From contig JAHLWH010000076.1 of NCBI GenBank assembly GCA_019058015.1, forward strand, positions 1 through 22,707: DNA of 22,707 nucleotides, written 5' to 3'. The notes beneath the pieces were generated by a model. The model did no database searches. It had not been told where the DNA came from and worked only from the letters and a program-made list of their open reading frames with translations. Source of the stretch: Promethearchaeota archaeon (GTDB lineage: Archaea > Asgardarchaeota > Lokiarchaeia > Sigyniarchaeales > SOKP01). Of this stretch, positions 17,952 to 22,707 are shown one piece after another (the stretch's first letter is position 1; each line of letters starts with the position of its first letter). The translations under genes were made by a program, and so were the position numbers.

Positions 17952-19702
17952 TGAGCAATCACCTTATTATATTTTAGTTCCCTATAAAAATTATTATCAA
18001 GTAAAAATTTATCAGGATTGCTCTCAATAATTCTTTTAATCCTTTCTATCTCATCTAATTTGCTATTTATTTTATCATCCCAGGAATAACATGCTCCATC
18101 AATTATTTTTGTTTTAATCTGCCCTAAGGCAAATGGATTGTTAATCAGATGAGGAGCATCAAAAATGCCATATTTTACGACTCGTGTTAATACCTTATAG
18201 TTTATCCATGCATTATCACGTTCTTTCTCCGATCTTACTAAACGGGGAATTGTATTGACAATATATTGAGCTTGTTTTATTAATTCTTCTTTTCTTCTCT
18301 TTATTCTATCATCAATAATATTAATTTTACTCGAATATACTCGATTTATAACTTGATCTACAATATTACAACTTTCTATTATATCCTCGGGAAGTGCAGC
18401 ATGACTAGATTCACTAAAACTAACTACATGTACAATATCAGGTTTTAAAGTTAGTTGTATTAATGTAGCTGTTGCTAATTGTCCTTTTGCTTTGTTTAAA
18501 TTTAATGGAAAACTCGCTAATCCAGTTCTTACCTGTCTAATTATGGAAAATGATTCATCGGATAAAGTATGAAGAAGTTCATCTTTTGCTAATATTTTTG
18601 CGAGATCCATTTCAAAAGAAGTTGATGGTGGTGTATTAAACATGTACTGTGCAATAAAATGTCTAATGCCCAATTTTTTCGCAATTATACCACATAGATA
18701 CATATCTGCAACTACAATTGCATCTGGTGCATCTCTAAGACTCCAATGGTGAGGATCATTAATCTCCACGGGAATGTTGTTTTCTCCATGCCATTTTATC
18801 GCCTCTAAGTGTTGTTTTATTGAATCCTCTAGTGTCAAAGGGCCTCTCCCATCCATTTGATTAAACCAGAAAATAGGAATTGCAGCCCAAGCATTCTCAA
18901 TCGTCTTTCTATATAATTTTGCTAATTTAATAAAATCTCTTGTTCCCGCATAAATCCGCAACAATGGGAGATTACCTCGTAATCTTGCTTGATGTAATTT
19001 TTGAAAATCCTCTTCACACCTCAATGGAACACCACCGGCGCCGATTAATCCTTTAACTTGATCCTCTGGATGAAAATAATTAGATTGAGTATTTTGATCG
19101 GGCGCGATAGAAATAACATCCACAACTTCTTTGTTTGCAATTTTTTTTATCCCTTCTACTGTCTCCCTGAAACTTGGTAAACCAAAATGAGCTCGGATTA
19201 TCGGATACGGTTTTTTCCATTTTATTCGAGAAATTAAATCCATTGGAATTTTTAATTTCTCTTTAACACTATCTTTTTCATTTTTCAAAATTGATAATAA
19301 TTTATATTTTGATTCTTCCCCTACAAAGTATTCTTCAAATTTATTAAACTCTTTCGCAACTTTAACAACCTCTGGAGTTCCCGCAAAAAATAATCTTGGA
19401 GATTTTTCTTGTATTTTATTATATTTTTTGAAGAAATCATCAAGTAAAGGTCTGACTGTTGAGGGAGTTAAGCGATAACTTATTCCTACAATATCCGGTT
19501 TAAATTTTTTAATTTCGTATATTAATTTTGATATAGAAGTTGCGGGTCCTAAAAATTTACAATTAAAACCTAATTGAGTTGCAATATTAATAAAATTATA
19601 TGTACCTACAACATGAACGCATTGTCCAATACTTGCAGTTAATATCTTTTTTCTTTTTTTACTATTTAATTTAAAATCTTTTATATTTTTCACAATAATC
19701 AC
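17948..19702 (-). CDS. Cobalamin-binding domain protein with a large, probably TIM-barrel, catalytic region; function unknown
   Basis: N-terminal SIGQCVHVVG (DxHxxG with Cys for Asp), FLGPA, PDIVGISY; downstream RAHFGLP, HHWSLRDAPD, QYMFNTP, HVVSFSE; GTG start. Confidence 0.85.
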   Translation of the reverse strand: MIIVKNIKDFKLNSKKRKKILTASIGQCVHVVGTYNFINIATQLGFNCKFLGPATSISKLIYEIKKFKPDIVGISYRLTPSTVRPLLDDFFKKYNKIQEKSPRLFFAGTPEVVKVAKEFNKFEEYFVGEESKYKLLSILKNEKDSVKEKLKIPMDLISRIKWKKPYPIIRAHFGLPSFRETVEGIKKIANKEVVDVISIAPDQNTQSNYFHPEDQVKGLIGAGGVPLRCEEDFQKLHQARLRGNLPLLRIYAGTRDFIKLAKLYRKTIENAWAAIPIFWFNQMDGRGPLTLEDSIKQHLEAIKWHGENNIPVEINDPHHWSLRDAPDAIVVADMYLCGIIAKKLGIRHFIAQYMFNTPPSTSFEMDLAKILAKDELLHTLSDESFSIIRQVRTGLASFPLNLNKAKGQLATATLIQLTLKPDIVHVVSFSESSHAALPEDIIESCNIVDQVINRVYSSKINIIDDRIKRRKEELIKQAQYIVNTIPRLVRSEKERDNAWINYKVLTRVVKYGIFDAPHLINNPFALGQIKTKIIDGACYSWDDKINSKLDEIERIKRIIESNPDKFLLDNNFYRELKYNKVIAQ

Positions 19703-19710
19703 TTCTCAAA

Positions 19711-19898
19711 GTCTTATAGAAGGCATTAAGAGTGAAACAATTTTAGTTTCTTGTTTCAATCCGTAAAAAGTGCAAATATTCACAATTTACTAAGTTGTAT
19801 GAATTTGAGATATTAAAAAATGGGTTCATAATTAGACCACAATTTAAGGAAATAATAATATTTTGTAATCGATATTTTTATGCCTCAATCTACCAGAC
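19711..19898. ncRNA. Putative structured RNA element upstream of the B12 gene (leader or antisense RNA)
   Basis: Long-range pairing 19711-19726 with 19880-19898 (GTCT/AGAC, TAGA/TCTA, AGGCAT/ATGCCT) enclosing hairpins 19733-19758 (8 bp) and 19798-19830. Confidence 0.5.
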
Positions 19899-19929
19899 AT
19901 CAAAATAAATATATAAATTTATTGGTTCC

Positions 19930-19940
19930 TTTATATATAA
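19930..19940 (-). promoter_or_regulatory. Candidate TATA box for the B12/opine operon
   Basis: TTATATATAAA on the minus strand, about 30 nt upstream of the 5' arm of the structured element. Confidence 0.4.
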
Positions 19941-20311
19941 CTAGTTCAAATTTTTCATTAAATAGATATTAAGTTATATAAATTAAAAGATCATTATTTT
20001 AAAACTAGATATAGTTTTCTATTGTGATTTCAATCAATATATAAGAGAAATTATTAATTCAGTAAATTGAATTATATTAATAGGGTAATATCTATTAACT
20101 TTTAAACCTTTTAATGACATTAAATTATTATATAGTAATTATAAACTAAACATTATTAAAACTGGTAAAAATTCTATCATATAAATATGAATTTAAATTT
20201 AAAAAATAACGTTTTTTGATTATTCTACTTCATAATTAAGAGTTTGGACTTTTCTAGAAAAAAGAAATAAAGTTAAAATTGATTCTAACTTGATTAAAAA
20301 AGATTTGAAAA

Positions 20312-21286
20312 TTATTCTTTTTTCTCTCTCACAATAAAATATATGGATATGATAATTATGAATAACCCGATTAGATGAAATAAATTGAAAATCTCTCCAA
20401 GAAATATTGCAAAAAATGCGGTAACTATGGGAGTGGGAGATCCGAGGACTGATGCTTTAGATACATCTAAACATGTGAGAACTTTATACCAACAAAATAG
20501 GCCAACACCATAAATTGTTCCCATAGCCAGAAAATAAAAAATATTAATGGGATTAAATAATAAATTAAAATTTTCTAAAGGAAATAATAAAAAATATGTG
20601 CTGAATAAGATTATTCCACTAAGCGCATTTCTTGAAAAAACCAATTGGATTGGTGTTGCTTCATTTTTATCGAAAACTTTTTTTGTGATGGCGTGTCCTA
20701 ACATCCATATGGCTACTGTTATTAACATTAATATTACACCTAAATTAAATTCGAGCAAATTAAATAAACCTTGTGTAATAGCAAGAGTCACACCAAATAA
20801 TAGAATAAAAGAAAATATCACTTGAGATTTTTTAATAGGTTCTTTATTAATTATGTATCCAAATAATAAAGAAAAAATCACTGTTGTTTTTTGAGCAAGA
20901 GAACCATTAATTGCTCCAGCTAGTTGATATGATAGGAAAAATAAAATTTGAGCAATTCCAAAATTGATACCAAGATATACTAAAAAGAGTTTATGCTTTT
21001 TCCAGCCGTTTAAAAGAGACTCGATTTCAATTGTTTTTTTTGGATCCTCTATTTTCGAAATTTTGAGATTTCTGCGTTCTATCATTATGATGGGGAAAAA
21101 TATGATGGATTCAATAATACAAGTCATTGCAGCAAATATATATGAGTCAAGCTCAGCAGGTCTTGAATTTGCGATTATTGGTTGGAGTCCTACTAAGATA
21201 ACCATCGCAATTGCATAGAAAAGACCTTTTTTTAAATTTTCATTTGGCAAGATATTAAAAAAAAAGAGAAAAGAAATAAAAATCAT
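20312..21286 (-). CDS. EamA/DMT family transporter
   Basis: About 10 TM helices in two repeats; LAGAINGSLAQKTTVIFSLLFGY...KE and WYKVL..LDVSKASVL...TPI...LGE; the start may be the downstream TTG (LPNEN). Confidence 0.9.
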   Translation of the reverse strand: MIFISFLFFFNILPNENLKKGLFYAIAMVILVGLQPIIANSRPAELDSYIFAAMTCIIESIIFFPIIMIERRNLKISKIEDPKKTIEIESLLNGWKKHKLFLVYLGINFGIAQILFFLSYQLAGAINGSLAQKTTVIFSLLFGYIINKEPIKKSQVIFSFILLFGVTLAITQGLFNLLEFNLGVILMLITVAIWMLGHAITKKVFDKNEATPIQLVFSRNALSGIILFSTYFLLFPLENFNLLFNPINIFYFLAMGTIYGVGLFCWYKVLTCLDVSKASVLGSPTPIVTAFFAIFLGEIFNLFHLIGLFIIIISIYFIVREKKE

Positions 21287-22707
21287 TTGGAATAAGTTCC
21301 AAATTTAGGGAATTTTCTCAATTGGGTCGAATCGAATATGGGGCCATCTTTACAAACTGAAACATTATTTTTTTCCCCAATACAGCATGAACCGCACAGA
21401 CCAACCCCACATTTCATTTTTCTTTCTAAAGATGCCTGAATATTAATTTTTTTTAATTCAGCAATTTCTAATACTCGTTTCATCATAATTTCGGGACCAC
21501 AAGTGAGTATTAAATCTATGTCGTTATTATCTATGATATCCTCGATTATGTCCGTAACAAAACATTTTTTTCCAATTGAGTCATCATCAGTTGTATATTG
21601 GGTATTAGGGATTTGTAGTGTTATTCTATTACCAAAGATTAGTGATGATTTATCCTTAGCTCCAATTGCAGCAAATAAATTTTTATTATTTTTCTTTAAA
21701 GACTCAATAACTGAAGTAAGTGCAGCAATTCCCATTCCACCACCAACTATAAGAATATTGGAAGCGTCTTCATAGAACCAAGAATTTCCATATGGGCCTC
21801 TAATCCCAATTGTGTCTCCTTCTTTCATGTGGAGTAATTTTTCTGTTCCTTCGCCAATTTTTTGAACAGTAATTTCGACTAAGTTTCCATCGATGTTAGA
21901 AATGGACATCGGTAGAAAATCCACATCCGGAAGCCACAATACAACAAATTGACCTGGTTTATAAGTTTTTGCAATTCTTTCGTTTCTAACAATAAAACTT
22001 TTAATCTCTGGAGAAAATTCTACAACAGATTCAATTTTTACTATGTCAGTTTTGTTTCGAGTTATATCTAGAACAATTTCCTCATCCTCTTTGTCGAGGG
22101 ATTTTTTTTCTATTAATCCCATACTTACTGTTAAATCAAATATCCTTTTCCCCCGAGAATTTCTTATAATTACCGTATTCCATCCTTCTTCGCTACCGAA
22201 CTCACCTACAGAAATATCTGCAAATGAGGCGGTATAGTCAGAACAAGAGAAACAAGCTTTTCTAATTGCTTTATCATATAAATAATAAAGTGGAATTTCT
22301 TTTTTTTCAGATTTCGTAGAAATAATCATTTTAAAATTATTCTTATCCGTTTCTATCTTTTCAATTTCACTTAGAATTAAATTATATTCATTGAAACAAT
22401 CTGTTAATTGTTGATTATGGAAAGTTCCGAAACAAAATGTCCCAATTGTTAAAGAGACTAAATCAAAAGCTTCAAAATCGAATCGAGGGTGGTTTTGTAT
22501 TTTCCGTAAAGCCTGAATTTGGCAACCATTACCTACAACAGCAATATCAGAAAACTCTTGATTTATTGCATCCCCCACAATTGAAAGGGTAGGACTTTGG
22601 CTTGGTTCATATCCCATTCCATTAAATAAATCTTGTATATTTTTAACAATGAAAGGAAAGGGTCTAAAATTCTCGTTTTTTCTCATTGTAATTACGCAAT
22701 CAATTAA
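21283..22707 (-). CDS. FrhB-like (F420-binding) domain fused to PyrK-like dihydroorotate dehydrogenase electron-transfer subunit; 5' end lies beyond the window
   Basis: Frame open to the window edge (LIDCVITM...). FrhB motifs AVVGNGCQIQA, IGTFC.GTF, C..C.DYTA.FADISVG; PyrK motifs PGQF, RGPYGN, GGGMG, CGPE.M, MKCGVGLCGSC...VCKDGPIF. Confidence 0.9.
   Translation of the reverse strand, partial: LIDCVITMRKNENFRPFPFIVKNIQDLFNGMGYEPSQSPTLSIVGDAINQEFSDIAVVGNGCQIQALRKIQNHPRFDFEAFDLVSLTIGTFCFGTFHNQQLTDCFNEYNLILSEIEKIETDKNNFKMIISTKSEKKEIPLYYLYDKAIRKACFSCSDYTASFADISVGEFGSEEGWNTVIIRNSRGKRIFDLTVSMGLIEKKSLDKEDEEIVLDITRNKTDIVKIESVVEFSPEIKSFIVRNERIAKTYKPGQFVVLWLPDVDFLPMSISNIDGNLVEITVQKIGEGTEKLLHMKEGDTIGIRGPYGNSWFYEDASNILIVGGGMGIAALTSVIESLKKNNKNLFAAIGAKDKSSLIFGNRITLQIPNTQYTTDDDSIGKKCFVTDIIEDIIDNNDIDLILTCGPEIMMKRVLEIAELKKINIQASLERKMKCGVGLCGSCCIGEKNNVSVCKDGPIFDSTQLRKFPKFGTYSK

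Noticed and set aside
19706-19708. In-frame UGA upstream of the B12 gene as a selenocysteine codon
   Set aside because: It lies in an N-terminal stretch with no redox-motif context, and I could not identify a SECIS element.
19703-19950. Canonical cobalamin riboswitch, SRP RNA or RNase P RNA
   Set aside because: No GGGAA/GCCACUG B12-element motifs and no RNase P or SRP consensus; the region is too AT-rich.
19950-20311. Long AT-rich intergenic tract (also 13498-13853 and 6961-7258) as a replication origin or CRISPR leader
   Set aside because: No ORB-like repeats, no cdc6/orc1 gene and no regularly spaced repeats; consistent with promoter and terminator DNA.
6542-22237. ORFs 6542..7015, 8386..8733, 9440..9712, 9718..10077, 12893..13105, 20547..20825, 20964..21218, 21503..21775, 22043..22237
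   Set aside because: They overlap recognisable genes on the opposite strand and have no family motifs.

Overview
Very AT-rich archaeal chromosomal DNA, most likely Asgard (Lokiarchaeia-like); this is inferred from an archaeal eS30, an intron-containing tRNA, an FrhB domain, many zinc-ribbon proteins and MIT/HEAT/PCI-like proteins. It holds about 19 protein genes and a tRNA-Pro(UGG) with a non-canonical 28-nt intron that fits a bulge-helix-bulge at 25/26. I see no CRISPR array, transposase or phage genes. The best leads are: (1) a coupled cobalamin-binding enzyme (CxHxxG variant) and opine dehydrogenase operon preceded by a ~190-nt multi-stem element that matches no riboswitch I recognise; (2) a 5'-truncated FrhB-PyrK fusion; (3) a 987-aa HEAT + helical repeat + PCI-like + beta-sandwich protein with a coat/adaptin-like layout; (4) a MIT-like/zinc-ribbon gene divergent from a membrane-anchored long coiled-coil gene. 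An APC permease is split by a single-base frameshift. All domain calls come from motif recognition by eye, not from database searches.
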